Part shown: piece after piece, positions 35,863-45,089 of the stretch
Numbering within the stretch: the stretch's first letter is position 1
Layout: every line of letters starts with the position of its first letter
Source: a virus
Direction: 5' to 3' (one strand)
Length of the DNA stretch: 64,000 nucleotides
IMG/VR virus record: IMGVR_UViG_2571042346_000003
The notes under the pieces: model-generated
What the model was told of the DNA's origin: nothing
Database searches by the model: none
What the model saw: only the letters and a program-made list of their open reading frames with translations
Made by a program: the position numbers and the translations under genes

Positions 35863-37370
35863 CAGCGGGGCTCCCGGCGGTCGATGAAACGACAGGCCGG
35901 GGCGTCGAAGGTGCGCTCGCTGTTGTGAACCCGGCAGTGGTTGGTGTCAGCAATGAAGTGGCTGCACTCGTCGCACACGGCAGCAATGCCGGTGGACTCC
36001 AGGTCGCCCGACCAGACCAATGCCGCCTCCGCCGTGGGTTCATCGTCCTCGGCCGGAATCCCGAGCATCTTCCGGGCGCGAGGCACGCTGAGGATGCCGG
36101 AGACGACCATATCCACCACCGGCTTCACCTGTTTCTCGTCCATCAGGTCGATCTGCTTACGTTCGGTCTCGCGGTTGGCGGCCTCGATGTCCGGGTCCAG
36201 GTCCATCTTGAGCTGAAGGCTGGAGCGGCTGATGAGTTTGCGGTCGTAGAGTTCGATGAGGAGCTTCTTGAAATCGACCGCGTCGCTGGGGTCGAGGTCG
36301 TTGAAGATGAACTGGATGCTCTTGTCGCCGTGGCCGTTCAGCTCCATCCAGTCGTCGAACACCCAGTCGAGGAGCTTGCGTGCGGCCTGTTTGATCTCGC
36401 GGATCATGACCATCATCTTCTGCATGCTCACCGAGGCAGTGGCGAAATTCGGACCGTCGCCGGTCACCAGCGAGCGAGACAGACCCAGGGCTACCACGAT
36501 GTCTTCCTTCACCTCCTTTACCTTGTCCTCGACGTTGAGGACCTGACCGTCGGTGCCGTGGGTTTCGACATTGACGTAGAACGGGACCACCAGGCCACTT
36601 TTCATGTCCATCTTGTTGACCATGTCGCGAACCTGTTCGAGCATCCGCTGGTCCGGCATCACCATCTTCTGGCCGAACGCGCCGCCCACCTTGAGCAGAC
36701 GGAACGGCGTGGCCCAGCGCTTGGCGATGGCCTGTTCGGCCCGGCGGTAATCGCGCAGCAGTTCGATGGCTTGAAAGGCGGGAAGCACGAGGGAGTTGCC
36801 CCTGGGCGAAAAGGCGGGTGCGTCCCATTTGAGATGGACCACCTGCTCGACGGGCAGCGGGATGGATTCGCCACCGCCGGGGGTGTCCTCGGGAAATTGC
36901 CGGGCCTCGATCAGTTCGCCCTGGGCGTATTTGACCTTGACCGAAACCGGGTTGACACAGACCAGCTCCTCGATGTCCTGGCCGGACTTGGTGAAGCGCT
37001 TGAAGCCGATGGCGTCGCCTTTCACCAGGAGCTGAAGAACCATGTCCTTGATGAACTGCGAGACGTTCAGCCGCCAGGCGGCCTCCAGAGCCTGTTCCTT
37101 GAGGTTCTCGTCATCGCTGGTGATCTTGATCTCGTCGCCCACGGCGAAAGTGCGCCAAGAGTTGACGCAGTTCTTCACCAGCGGCTCCTCGACGTAGTAT
37201 TCCCAGGCCTTGCGGGCGCGTTCTTCCCAGGTGGCCGGAATCGCTTCGGCGGCGTTGACCTTGCTGAAGGCGGCCGAGTCGAGCGCTGCCGCTGCGGCCA
37301 GCGGCGCGATGACAAAGCCGGTGGTGTCCAGGCTTTCGGGTTGTTCGTCCTGATGGGCGGTGCTTTCCAC
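35862..37370 (-). CDS. Portal protein, 502 aa (GTG start)
   Basis: Position between terminase and MuF, VVHLKW...PRG.SL, LSRSLVTG.G.NFATA. AGAGG RBS. Confidence 0.8.
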   Translation of the reverse strand: MESTAHQDEQPESLDTTGFVIAPLAAAAALDSAAFSKVNAAEAIPATWEERARKAWEYYVEEPLVKNCVNSWRTFAVGDEIKITSDDENLKEQALEAAWRLNVSQFIKDMVLQLLVKGDAIGFKRFTKSGQDIEELVCVNPVSVKVKYAQGELIEARQFPEDTPGGGESIPLPVEQVVHLKWDAPAFSPRGNSLVLPAFQAIELLRDYRRAEQAIAKRWATPFRLLKVGGAFGQKMVMPDQRMLEQVRDMVNKMDMKSGLVVPFYVNVETHGTDGQVLNVEDKVKEVKEDIVVALGLSRSLVTGDGPNFATASVSMQKMMVMIREIKQAARKLLDWVFDDWMELNGHGDKSIQFIFNDLDPSDAVDFKKLLIELYDRKLISRSSLQLKMDLDPDIEAANRETERKQIDLMDEKQVKPVVDMVVSGILSVPRARKMLGIPAEDDEPTAEAALVWSGDLESTGIAAVCDECSHFIADTNHCRVHNSERTFDAPACRFIDRREPR

Positions 37371-37444
37371 GTGATCCTCTCGGTAGTTTCGGCCATGACA
37401 GCCGCACATCCGGCCCGTGTGGGCCGAACCCGGCTCGATGCCGG

Positions 37445-37475
37445 TTACTTACCGGAGATGGGTGGAAAGCGTCGG
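37445..37475 (-). promoter_or_regulatory. Promoter motif CCGAC-N14-TCCGGTAAGTAA, copy 5
   Basis: Exact motif, about 75 bp upstream of the portal start. Confidence 0.75.
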
Positions 37476-37500
37476 AGGATGAGTTTGGCGGGTGGTCAAT

Positions 37501-37544
37501 ATGCAAAACCTCTTCATTTGAGAAGAAGTAAAGAGGTTTTGCAT
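37501..37544. repeat. Perfect 14-bp inverted repeat with 16-nt loop
   Basis: ATGCAAAACCTCTT (37501-37514) and AAGAGGTTTTGCAT (37531-37544). Confidence 0.8.
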
Positions 37545-37669
37545 CAGACTGCATTGAGGCGGCCGAGGCCGAAACCAGAAATTTACCTTGCCATTTCAAG
37601 CCTAAACTGGCAATAATTATTTCCGGTTGTTATATTGACCGGAAAAATTGATAGCCGGAGGTTTTCGCG

Positions 37670-38980
37670 ATGATTGACATGCTTAAAGAAATAATCCTCG
37701 ATTTTCAGGAGATTGACCTTCCGACGGGTGTGCCCAGGCGGGTTGCTGTTTCGCCAGTGCCGGGAAAAGCCACGGTTTGCATCGGTGTGCGCCGCAGCGG
37801 TAAATCGACTTTCATGTTCCAGCTTATGAAGAAGCTGCAGGACACTGGCGTTGCCCGTCAGAACATCCTCTATCTGAACTTCTTCGATGATCGTCTGCAT
37901 AGTCTGCAACACGACAATCTGGGTGTGATTCTGGAAGCCTACTTTTCGCTCTATCCGGAAAAAAAGAATGCCGAGAAGGTTTATTGCTTTTTCGATGAGA
38001 TCCAGGTCGTACCTGGCTGGGAGCCCTTCGTTGACCGCTTGATGCGCATGGAAAAGTGCGAGGTGTACATTACCGGGTCGTCGGCTCAGATGCTCTCACG
38101 AGAGATAGCGACCCAGATGCGCGGCCGGGCACTCTCCTGGGAAATGTTCCCGTTTTCATTCCGGGAGTTTCTCGACTACAAGGGGATCGAGAGCGACGGT
38201 CCACTCTCGACCAAAAAACGTCTGACTGTCCAGAAGGCATTCGAGGAGTACTGGGAAACCGGTGGCTTCCCCGAGGTTGCAGGCCTTAACCGTATGCTGC
38301 GAATCAAGACCCACCAAGAGTATTTCAACGCAATGCTGTTCCGGGACCTTGTTGAACGCCATGATATCTCTCACCCCAAGGCGGTCACGGATCTGGCGCA
38401 TTGGCTGGTGGACAATACGGGTTCCCTCTATTCCATCAACAACCTGACCGGCTACCTGAAATCCCTGGGGCACAAAGCGCCGAAACCCGCCGTCTCCGAT
38501 TATCTCGAATGGTTCGAGGATGCCTACGTTCTGTTCACGGTGCGCATCTTTGACGCCTCGCTGGCCCGGGCCAACACCAACCCCAAGAAGATTTACTGCG
38601 TCGATCACGCGCTGGTGACGTCGATCAGCTCCGGCATTCTGGTCAACTCGGGCCATCTTCTGGAGAACCTGGTGTTCACCGCGCTGCGTCGGGTCACGCC
38701 GGATATCTTTTACTACAAGACCAAGGCGGGCCGGGAGGTTGATTTCATCGCCGGACGACAAGGCCCGTCCCGCAGGCTTGTTCAGGTTTGTGAATCGATG
38801 GCCGACCAGCAAACCCGCAAGCGGGAAACCACCGCGCTTGCCGAAGCCATGACCGAACTGAAACTGTCGCATGGCATTATCGTGACGCGTAACGAGGAAG
38901 AGCAGATACAGGTAGATTCCGGAAAAATTGACGTGGTGCCCGCCTGGCGGTTTCTGCTGAACATGCCGGAAAGCGCCTGA
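37670..38980 (+). CDS. AAA+ ATPase with C-terminal DUF4143 nuclease-like domain, 436 aa
   Basis: GVRRSGKST Walker A, FFDEIQ Walker B, ITGSSA, KKIYCVD, ENLV...EVDFI motifs. Confidence 0.85.
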   Translation: MIDMLKEIILDFQEIDLPTGVPRRVAVSPVPGKATVCIGVRRSGKSTFMFQLMKKLQDTGVARQNILYLNFFDDRLHSLQHDNLGVILEAYFSLYPEKKNAEKVYCFFDEIQVVPGWEPFVDRLMRMEKCEVYITGSSAQMLSREIATQMRGRALSWEMFPFSFREFLDYKGIESDGPLSTKKRLTVQKAFEEYWETGGFPEVAGLNRMLRIKTHQEYFNAMLFRDLVERHDISHPKAVTDLAHWLVDNTGSLYSINNLTGYLKSLGHKAPKPAVSDYLEWFEDAYVLFTVRIFDASLARANTNPKKIYCVDHALVTSISSGILVNSGHLLENLVFTALRRVTPDIFYYKTKAGREVDFIAGRQGPSRRLVQVCESMADQQTRKRETTALAEAMTELKLSHGIIVTRNEEEQIQVDSGKIDVVPAWRFLLNMPESA

Positions 38981-39064
38981 CATCCAAGCCACGGCCATTC
39001 CCTGGCCCTCGGGCATCAGACCTATTGTTGCCACTTCCACAAAACTGGTAACGATTTGTCTGGT

Positions 39065-40588
39065 TCAGATAAAAATCGGGTTGGTGAGCACCGGCTTAAG
39101 CGAGACCACCTCTTCGCCGACCGGGTCGAGGTTGCCTTCCTCCCGGATCAGCATGGCGCAGCGCACCGCGTCAATGATGTGGTCGTTGCCCTTGGAATAG
39201 ATGATCTTGCCGTCCCGCAGGGTGTAGGTGTGGGTGGTGAACTGGTCCTCCACCTCCAGGTCGTCCGAGGGGAAAATGACCTGCTTACGCTGCAGGGCTC
39301 CGTTGATGAGGCTGGTCATCAGCTCCTTGGTCCGCTTCTTGATTTCCTTGCCGTCGCGGACCGCCAGCCGGGTCATGCCGCCGAAGTCGTATCCCTTGAG
39401 CCTGCCTTCCAGCTCCAGCCCTTTGTACTTGTCCAGGGTGAGCAATTCCTGAACCACCGCCAGACCGTTCCCGCCGTTGTCCACGCCGATGCCAGCCGGG
39501 GTGTAGTAACGCTCCAGCAGCGCGATGATCTGGGCGATGTGCGGATAGGAAACGTGTTCAAGATGCACGCGCAGGATCATCTTCAGCAGCGTCCGCTCGC
39601 CGACCTCCATCTCCTGAAATACGACGATCTCGGTGGGGTCGTTGGTGTAGCCCAGGTCGCCGCCGACCCAGAACTGCCCGCTGCGGGGAGTGAGGTTGAG
39701 CAGCATCTCCAGCCGGTCGTGGGCCGCTTCCTCGGTATCGCAATCGCGCAGCTCGGAATCGGTGATGACGATCTTCTGGTACTCCAGCAGATCCTGCCGA
39801 CAGAGGTTGAACTGCTCGACATTGAAGGCCCCATAGGAAGGCTTGCCGTGTTCACCGGCCACCTCGTGCTGCCAGCCGGAGCTGTCGCGGCCGCCGTAGA
39901 ACTCCAGCAGTTCGGCCTCGCGATCTTCGGTCCACAGGGGATTGAGCCAGGACGGCCAGCGGAACACATGGAACTGCTCCGACGAGGTGAGCCGGTAATA
40001 GGTGGTGTCGCGCAGGCCGTTGGGCGTGGAGTAGATGCGCAGGGTTCCCCCGGCCTTGAGGCACTGGCGCAGCGCCTTCCAGGCCCGTTCGGTCAGCCAG
40101 GCTCCTTCATCGACCCAGACGCGGCCCACGTGCAGGGACCGGAAGGCGTCGCCATAGGCCCCGGCCGGGCGGAAATAGAGCACCGAACCGTTGGTGAACT
40201 CCAGCCGGAAATAGGGTTTGCGGTGGATTTTGGGTTTGCCATATTTGGTCAGGGCGATGCTGTTCATCAGATCCGGGTTGGTGTCGAGCTGGAACTCGAT
40301 CTCCTCGATGATGGTATCGAGGTGCCCCTGGTGTGGAGCCGCGATGAGGCCCTGGCCGCCTCGGGTGGTGAAGGCGTAATGGAGCGCGTCGGTCGAGAGC
40401 ACGATGGACTTGCCCACGTCCCGGCCGTCGAGGTGGATGATGTTCTTGGCCGGGCAACGCAGGTCCTCCACCTGGTGCGGCCAGTAGTCGCGGCCTGAGC
40501 CATCCCGGTTGTAGAGGTAGGCTTGCCCCCACAACACGGGATCGCTCAGGGTCGCCGCGAGTTTGCGCTCCTTGTCGGTTACCGCCAT
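39065..40588 (-). CDS. Terminase large subunit, 507 aa
   Basis: GRDVGKS Walker A, VWVDEG Walker B, STPNG, GGDLG and HIIDAVRC nuclease motifs. Confidence 0.88.
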   Translation of the reverse strand: MAVTDKERKLAATLSDPVLWGQAYLYNRDGSGRDYWPHQVEDLRCPAKNIIHLDGRDVGKSIVLSTDALHYAFTTRGGQGLIAAPHQGHLDTIIEEIEFQLDTNPDLMNSIALTKYGKPKIHRKPYFRLEFTNGSVLYFRPAGAYGDAFRSLHVGRVWVDEGAWLTERAWKALRQCLKAGGTLRIYSTPNGLRDTTYYRLTSSEQFHVFRWPSWLNPLWTEDREAELLEFYGGRDSSGWQHEVAGEHGKPSYGAFNVEQFNLCRQDLLEYQKIVITDSELRDCDTEEAAHDRLEMLLNLTPRSGQFWVGGDLGYTNDPTEIVVFQEMEVGERTLLKMILRVHLEHVSYPHIAQIIALLERYYTPAGIGVDNGGNGLAVVQELLTLDKYKGLELEGRLKGYDFGGMTRLAVRDGKEIKKRTKELMTSLINGALQRKQVIFPSDDLEVEDQFTTHTYTLRDGKIIYSKGNDHIIDAVRCAMLIREEGNLDPVGEEVVSLKPVLTNPIFI

Positions 40589-40866
40589 CAGTGCATTCCT
40601 GTCCTCAAGGCGTTGCCGAGGATGGTGCCCACCAGTTCCGTCAGGATCTGCTGCACGGCCAGGGTGTTCTTCCGGTCGTGGACAGCCTCCTGAATGTCGA
40701 TGATGGCCTGGTCCAACTCCGCCCAGGCCCGGTATTGCTGCTGGGCCGCTTCCAGACGGCCGAGGGCGTTCTCGATCCGTCCCGCCGCCAGTTCGGTCCC
40801 GATTTCAACCAGGGCCTCACCGGCCTGGCGGACGGCATCGCTGTTTTCCTGAAGGATCTCTTTCAT
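40588..40866 (-). CDS. Hypothetical helical protein, 92 aa
   Basis: GGAGG RBS, coupled to the flanking genes. Confidence 0.55.
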   Translation of the reverse strand: MKEILQENSDAVRQAGEALVEIGTELAAGRIENALGRLEAAQQQYRAWAELDQAIIDIQEAVHDRKNTLAVQQILTELVGTILGNALRTGMH

Positions 40867-41135
40867 TGGCCTGCCTCCTGGTTCGATCCGTTGGCCCACT
40901 GGTCAAGGGCTTCCACGGCGGTCTGCAGGCGCAGGCCGACACCGGTCAGGCGCTCGGCGTCCGGGTGGCCGACCTCGCGCAGCGCCTTGTTGGCCTCGGT
41001 CACATACTCGGGCGTGTGGCGGTTGACGGTGGCCACCGCCGACTGGATCTGGGCCGGAGGCCGGTAGGTGGCGCAGCCGGTCATGATCCCGGCCAGGACC
41101 AGCGGGATGGTCCATTCGAGGGTCTTCTTCAACAT
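40863..41135 (-). CDS. Small lipoprotein, 90 aa
   Basis: MLKKTLEWTIPLVLAGIMTG-C signal peptide with lipobox-like Cys. AAGGAG RBS. Confidence 0.65.
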   Translation of the reverse strand: MLKKTLEWTIPLVLAGIMTGCATYRPPAQIQSAVATVNRHTPEYVTEANKALREVGHPDAERLTGVGLRLQTAVEALDQWANGSNQEAGQ

Positions 41136-41275
41136 GTTGATCTCCTTTGGGTTAGGGGTTTGGGGTACATACAGAAAGATCTCTGCAAACACTTGATTTC
41201 CAACGAAATAGAAGCGTCATTGGATGTGACGCGGGATGGTCCCGCATCCACGAAAACCGGAACCGGAGGCAGGCC

Positions 41276-41470
41276 ATGACCTACGACAGAAACCGCCAGC
41301 AGGCACTCAAGGCGTACCGAGAAAAGCAGGAGAACATCGCCCGGCTGATCGAGGGCATTCGCGGCAAGCTCGAAGCGGACGCGAAACAGCCGGACATCAC
41401 CTGGGCGAGCGTCGGCTCCCTCGGCCACGTCGAGGAACTGCTGCGGGAGCTGGACGAGTTCCTGTCCTGA
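41276..41470 (+). CDS. Hypothetical helical protein, 64 aa
   Basis: GGAGG RBS, first gene of the plus-strand recombinase trio. Confidence 0.6.
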   Translation: MTYDRNRQQALKAYREKQENIARLIEGIRGKLEADAKQPDITWASVGSLGHVEELLRELDEFLS

Positions 41471-41503
41471 ACACACCGGGCCACCGACAAAGGAGACATC
41501 GAC

Positions 41504-41878
41504 ATGACCGAATGCACCGTGCATCAAGCCGCCGAGGCTTTCATCGGCCACCTGCGGGAATCCGGAAAGAAAGAGCGGACCCTTTACACCTACCGGAAGG
41601 ACCTCGATGCGGTTGAGGCCTTCTTCGGCGCGGATCGCCAGCTCGCCGAGATCCGGCTTCCCCAGGTCGGCAAGTTCTACAAGTCCGACCTGCTGCTCAA
41701 ACTCCCCGACGGCAAGGAGCGGGCTGAGCGCACCATTGCCAAGACCATTCGGGTGTTCCGCATGATGATGGTCTGGGCCAGGGAGTCGGGGCGCATCGAG
41801 GAGTTGCCTCTGCCCAAGAGCACACCCATGGGCCACAGCCGGGTGAAGGAGACCAGCGATGAGCAACCGAACGGCTGA
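41504..41878 (+). CDS. Stand-alone integrase core-binding (SAM-like) domain protein, 124 aa
   Basis: F..HL...GKKERTLYTYRKDL...RTIA.TIRVFR..MVWA pattern, no catalytic domain. Confidence 0.7.
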   Translation: MTECTVHQAAEAFIGHLRESGKKERTLYTYRKDLDAVEAFFGADRQLAEIRLPQVGKFYKSDLLLKLPDGKERAERTIAKTIRVFRMMMVWARESGRIEELPLPKSTPMGHSRVKETSDEQPNG

Positions 41879-42773
41879 CCTCGACCTGACGGGCGCGACG
41901 GAGGCGTTCTGTGCCCGCCTGTCGGCCGAAGGTCGCTCCCCTGCGACCATAGCCGCATACCGCCGGGACCTTGCCCTGGTGGCCCGCGTTGCCGATGAGC
42001 TGGCCCCGGGTATCGTCTGTCGGGCGGTCACGGCAGGATTCCTCGACCAGGTGTTCTCCGCCGGGGCGGTCACCGAGAGTGAGCGAGGCCCACGCTCGGC
42101 GGCCTCGCTCCATCGGATGAAGGCGGCGGTGCGGGCGTTTTTCGCCTGGGCCGCCGAGGCGGACGTGGTCGATGACAATCCGGCCCGGTCCATCCGCATG
42201 CATCGGCTGCCGAGAAAGCTGCCGGTGTTCCTGACCACCGCCGAAAAGAAACGCCTGCTCAAGGAGCTCAAAGGACGGACCGACTTCTCCGCGCTGCGCG
42301 ACCGCGCCATGATCGAGGTGCTGCTGGGCACCGGGATCAGGCTTGGCGAGCTGGCCGCGCTCGACATGGATGACATCGACCTCGACGCCAAGCATCTGCG
42401 GGTGCGGGCCAAGGGGAATGTGCCGCAGGTCAAGTTCATCAAGACCGACCTCCGTGCATTGCTTCGCCGTTACCTGGCCGAGCGCCGTCGACACGGCCGC
42501 CCGGAAATGGAAGCCCTGTTCCTGTCGAACCGGGACGGCAGACTCTGCCAGCGGCAGATTGCAAACCGGCTCGCCCACTGGCTGCGGAAGGCCGGGATCG
42601 AAAAGGAATTGACGCCGCACGGGCTGCGGCACACCTTCGCCACCCACCTCTACGGCGCGACCAACGACCTGCTCGTGGTGCAGCGGGCCTTGGGGCACCG
42701 GGACGTGTCCACCACCCAGATCTATACCCACCTCGTGGACGGTCAGCTCGAGGAAGCCCTCGAACGCCTCTGA
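41859..42773 (+). CDS. XerC/D-like tyrosine recombinase, 304 aa
   Basis: TGIRLGE (R), KG (K), HGLRHTFAT (HxxR), LGH, TTQIY (Y): the catalytic residues are all present. Confidence 0.9.
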   Translation: MSNRTADLDLTGATEAFCARLSAEGRSPATIAAYRRDLALVARVADELAPGIVCRAVTAGFLDQVFSAGAVTESERGPRSAASLHRMKAAVRAFFAWAAEADVVDDNPARSIRMHRLPRKLPVFLTTAEKKRLLKELKGRTDFSALRDRAMIEVLLGTGIRLGELAALDMDDIDLDAKHLRVRAKGNVPQVKFIKTDLRALLRRYLAERRRHGRPEMEALFLSNRDGRLCQRQIANRLAHWLRKAGIEKELTPHGLRHTFATHLYGATNDLLVVQRALGHRDVSTTQIYTHLVDGQLEEALERL

Positions 42774-42793
42774 TCCTTCCGGACCCGACGATG

Positions 42794-42820
42794 GGAGCGG
42801 CCTCGGCTGCTCCTGTTTTC
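42794..42820 (+). terminator. Probable intrinsic terminator after the recombinase gene
   Basis: GGAGCGGC-CTCG-GCTGCTCC followed by TGTTTT. Confidence 0.5.
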
Positions 42821-42974
42821 GTTGGCCGAGACAGTGCCGAAGACAGTGAATGACAGTGCCCGCAGAAGAACACATCTGCCGATGATGAATGATCATGACG
42901 ATGGTTCTCAGCCTCCCTGGCAGAGCGGGAAATATCGATTGACCGGAATTTCTCCTTTTCTGTTTGTCGGCCGC

Positions 42975-43205
42975 ACATGGCTATAACTGCTTGGCTTGTG
43001 CGCTCCGGGCGCGGAACACACATGGCAATATCTGCTTGGCATATGCGAGGGCCGCTGTCGAAGGAATGGCTGTTTGCGGGGCTTGGCCGGTTCTGACTGG
43101 GGCTCGACATGCCCATATTTACTTGGGTTGTGTGAGAGAGCCCCGGCGTGAACATGCCAATATCTACTTGGGTTATGCGGCTCGGCTTATGCGTACACAT
43201 GCCAA
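42975..43205. repeat. Array of 28-bp imperfect dyad repeats (4 full copies plus 1 half copy)
   Basis: Starts at 42975, 43020, 43107, 43152 and 43197 (spacings 45, 87, 45, 45). Consensus ACATGSCHATAWYTRCTTGGSWTRTGYG. Confidence 0.8.
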
Positions 43206-43373
43206 GCGGATATCGAGAGCTGCAGGAAGAAATCGAGGAGTGGGAATGATGATCGGCCGCCGGAGAATGCCGATTCCGAAAGTGCAAGGAACACGTCTTA
43301 TCCGCAATCCCTGGTGAAGCTGTCTGCCGCAAGTCGCCGTGTGCCGGGGTCATCGGAAAAGCCCTCCATGGTG

Positions 43374-43874
43374 TTATCCGCAATTCTTTCCGCGTTTCTT
43401 GCGGCCGGAGGGTTTCGCGCCCGGGGCGTTGGCGGCCTCGGCTACCTTTTCGAGCAGCGCCGCCGCCCATTCTGCCGGAGAGGTCTGCGGGCCTTTCGGC
43501 TCCTCACCCTCGCGGGCAATCTTGGTGGTCTTGAGATCCTTCATGTGGCAGCGGATCATCCGGTCGAGCTTTTCGGCGGCGTCCGTGTTCCCCTCGATCT
43601 GGGCGCGGACCAGCTTCACCGAGTAGACGCCCACCAGCTCCACCTGCAGGAAGTCGCTGGACTTGTTGAACTCGAAGTCCTGGTTGAGGCGGTCGATGAT
43701 CGCGTCGAACATGACCTTCTCTTCCGGCGTCAGGCAGCGGTCGGCAAAGATGCCGTGACGCAGCCGGTTCTGATTGCCCTCGGGCGCACCAGGCCCGCGC
43801 CGGGGCGGTTCGGTCTTGCCCTCGTTGCGGTGCCAGCGGTCCAGCGTCTCTTTGTCCGGTTTGTTCAGTGCCAC
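43374..43874 (-). CDS. Terminase small subunit, 166 aa
   Basis: GAPEGNQNRLRHG motif (GAPxGNxNAxxHG type), upstream of terL. Confidence 0.75.
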   Translation of the reverse strand: MALNKPDKETLDRWHRNEGKTEPPRRGPGAPEGNQNRLRHGIFADRCLTPEEKVMFDAIIDRLNQDFEFNKSSDFLQVELVGVYSVKLVRAQIEGNTDAAEKLDRMIRCHMKDLKTTKIAREGEEPKGPQTSPAEWAAALLEKVAEAANAPGAKPSGRKKRGKNCG

Positions 43875-43965
43875 GTGGAAATCCTGCGGAATATTGTTTT
43901 CCCAAGCCGGGATGCGGGGCGGGAGGCCGATTTAGCCTCCAAACGCGCTCCCGCCGGTTCAGGGG

Positions 43966-43996
43966 TTACTTACCGGAAGCGGCGGCCAACTGTCGG
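43966..43996 (-). promoter_or_regulatory. Promoter motif CCGAC-N14-TCCGGTAAGTAA, copy 6 (overlaps the stop codon of the Mor-like gene)
   Basis: Exact motif. TCC GGT AAG TAA encodes the final S-G-K-stop. Confidence 0.75.
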
Positions 43997-44244
43997 TCCC
44001 GATCCTGTTTTCGTTCGGCGGCGATGATCTGATTGACCCGGCGGGTGGTCACTCCGGCGAGGTTGGAGATCTCCTGGCTGCTGATCCCCTGCAGATGAAG
44101 GGCAAGCACCAGGTCGCGGCGCTCTTGGTAAAACCGGCTCGGTGCCGGAACCCAGAGAATCCCGGTGTAGTGCTTCTGGATCTGCGCGAACAGTTCCTCG
44201 GGCAGAACATCCTTGGCGTTGGCGTAGCGTTTCTTTTTCTTCAC
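43966..44244 (-). CDS. Mor/CD3324-like transcriptional activator, 92 aa
   Basis: YANAKDVLPEELF.QIQKHY.G.LWVP plus a C-terminal HTH (ISSQEISNLAGVTTRRVNQII). Confidence 0.7.
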   Translation of the reverse strand: MKKKKRYANAKDVLPEELFAQIQKHYTGILWVPAPSRFYQERRDLVLALHLQGISSQEISNLAGVTTRRVNQIIAAERKQDRDRQLAAASGK

Positions 44245-44247
44245 GGC

Positions 44248-45018
44248 TCAATCCTCCACTTTCTTCATCCATGGCTGCGGCACGTCCGGGTTGTAGAACC
44301 GCAGCGTGCTGGGACGCCCGGACTTCGGCCCGTGGACAATTTCGATAAAACGCTCGGTGACCTCGCCAATCTCCTGATCGCCATCGACGAAACAGACCAG
44401 ACCGTAGTCCTCGCCGCAGGGAAACCGGAAGCGGCCCTGGTTCTGATAGAGCCGTGCCTCGGACCAGCCCTTGGCCATGGCCTCCTCACGGATGGTGTCG
44501 ACCTTGGCGACGGCCTGGGAAGTCACCGGCTGCTTACATTTCCAAGCTTGGTTCCCGGGATAAAGCCAGTCCTTTCTGGGAGCTTCGACGGGTTTCTCCT
44601 GGGGCTCGGAACGAAGCGCGGGTGGCCGGTAGTTCTTTGGGGAAAAGGACTGCAGGACCTCTTGTAGGCTTTCCTTGCCGAATTCTCGGATGGCCAGCTC
44701 CTGCAGGGCGTTGAATCGCTGCCGTAGCGTGTTCCAGGCATCGTCGGGGAGTTTTCCGGCCTTGTGCGCGGCTTGGGCGGTGACCATGCGGGAACGTAGC
44801 CAGGCAAAGTATTCAGGCGACAGACGGCGACACAGCGTGCCGTCGATCTCCATGTCTTCAGGCCAGTCGCGGGCGTCTTCGATCTCGTGGATGTCGAGCC
44901 CGGTGGAGACATAGATGGCGGGCTGCGGTGGTTGCGGTGGTAATAATGGGGTTTCACATCCGGCCGAGGCTTCCTGCCCTCCGGCGGTGTGCTTGATCAT
45001 GGTTTTCAGAAGGCTCAT
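44248..45018 (-). CDS. Hypothetical protein, 256 aa
   Basis: GGAG RBS, lies downstream of motif copy 7, good codon style. Confidence 0.6.
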   Translation of the reverse strand: MSLLKTMIKHTAGGQEASAGCETPLLPPQPPQPAIYVSTGLDIHEIEDARDWPEDMEIDGTLCRRLSPEYFAWLRSRMVTAQAAHKAGKLPDDAWNTLRQRFNALQELAIREFGKESLQEVLQSFSPKNYRPPALRSEPQEKPVEAPRKDWLYPGNQAWKCKQPVTSQAVAKVDTIREEAMAKGWSEARLYQNQGRFRFPCGEDYGLVCFVDGDQEIGEVTERFIEIVHGPKSGRPSTLRFYNPDVPQPWMKKVED

Positions 45019-45058
45019 GGTTTCAGGCTCCAGAAATACGGGTTAATCGCTTTTCCCG

Positions 45059-45089
45059 TTACTTACCGGAGCTGCCCTGAAACCGTCGG
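45059..45089 (-). promoter_or_regulatory. Promoter motif CCGAC-N14-TCCGGTAAGTAA, copy 7
   Basis: Exact motif, about 41 bp upstream of the 45018 start. Confidence 0.75.

Noticed and set aside
42975-43205. Possible mini-CRISPR array or integron attC sites
   Set aside because: Repeats are degenerate, spacers are only 17 bp (one 59 bp), there is no cas operon, and no attC-like long hairpins with proper R/L boxes are present.
42964-43317. 117-aa plus-strand ORF and the 343-aa minus-strand ORF 42439-43470 crossing the repeat array
   Set aside because: No convincing RBS, substitutions between repeats are mostly non-synonymous, and the longer ORF overlaps the recombinase and terS genes.
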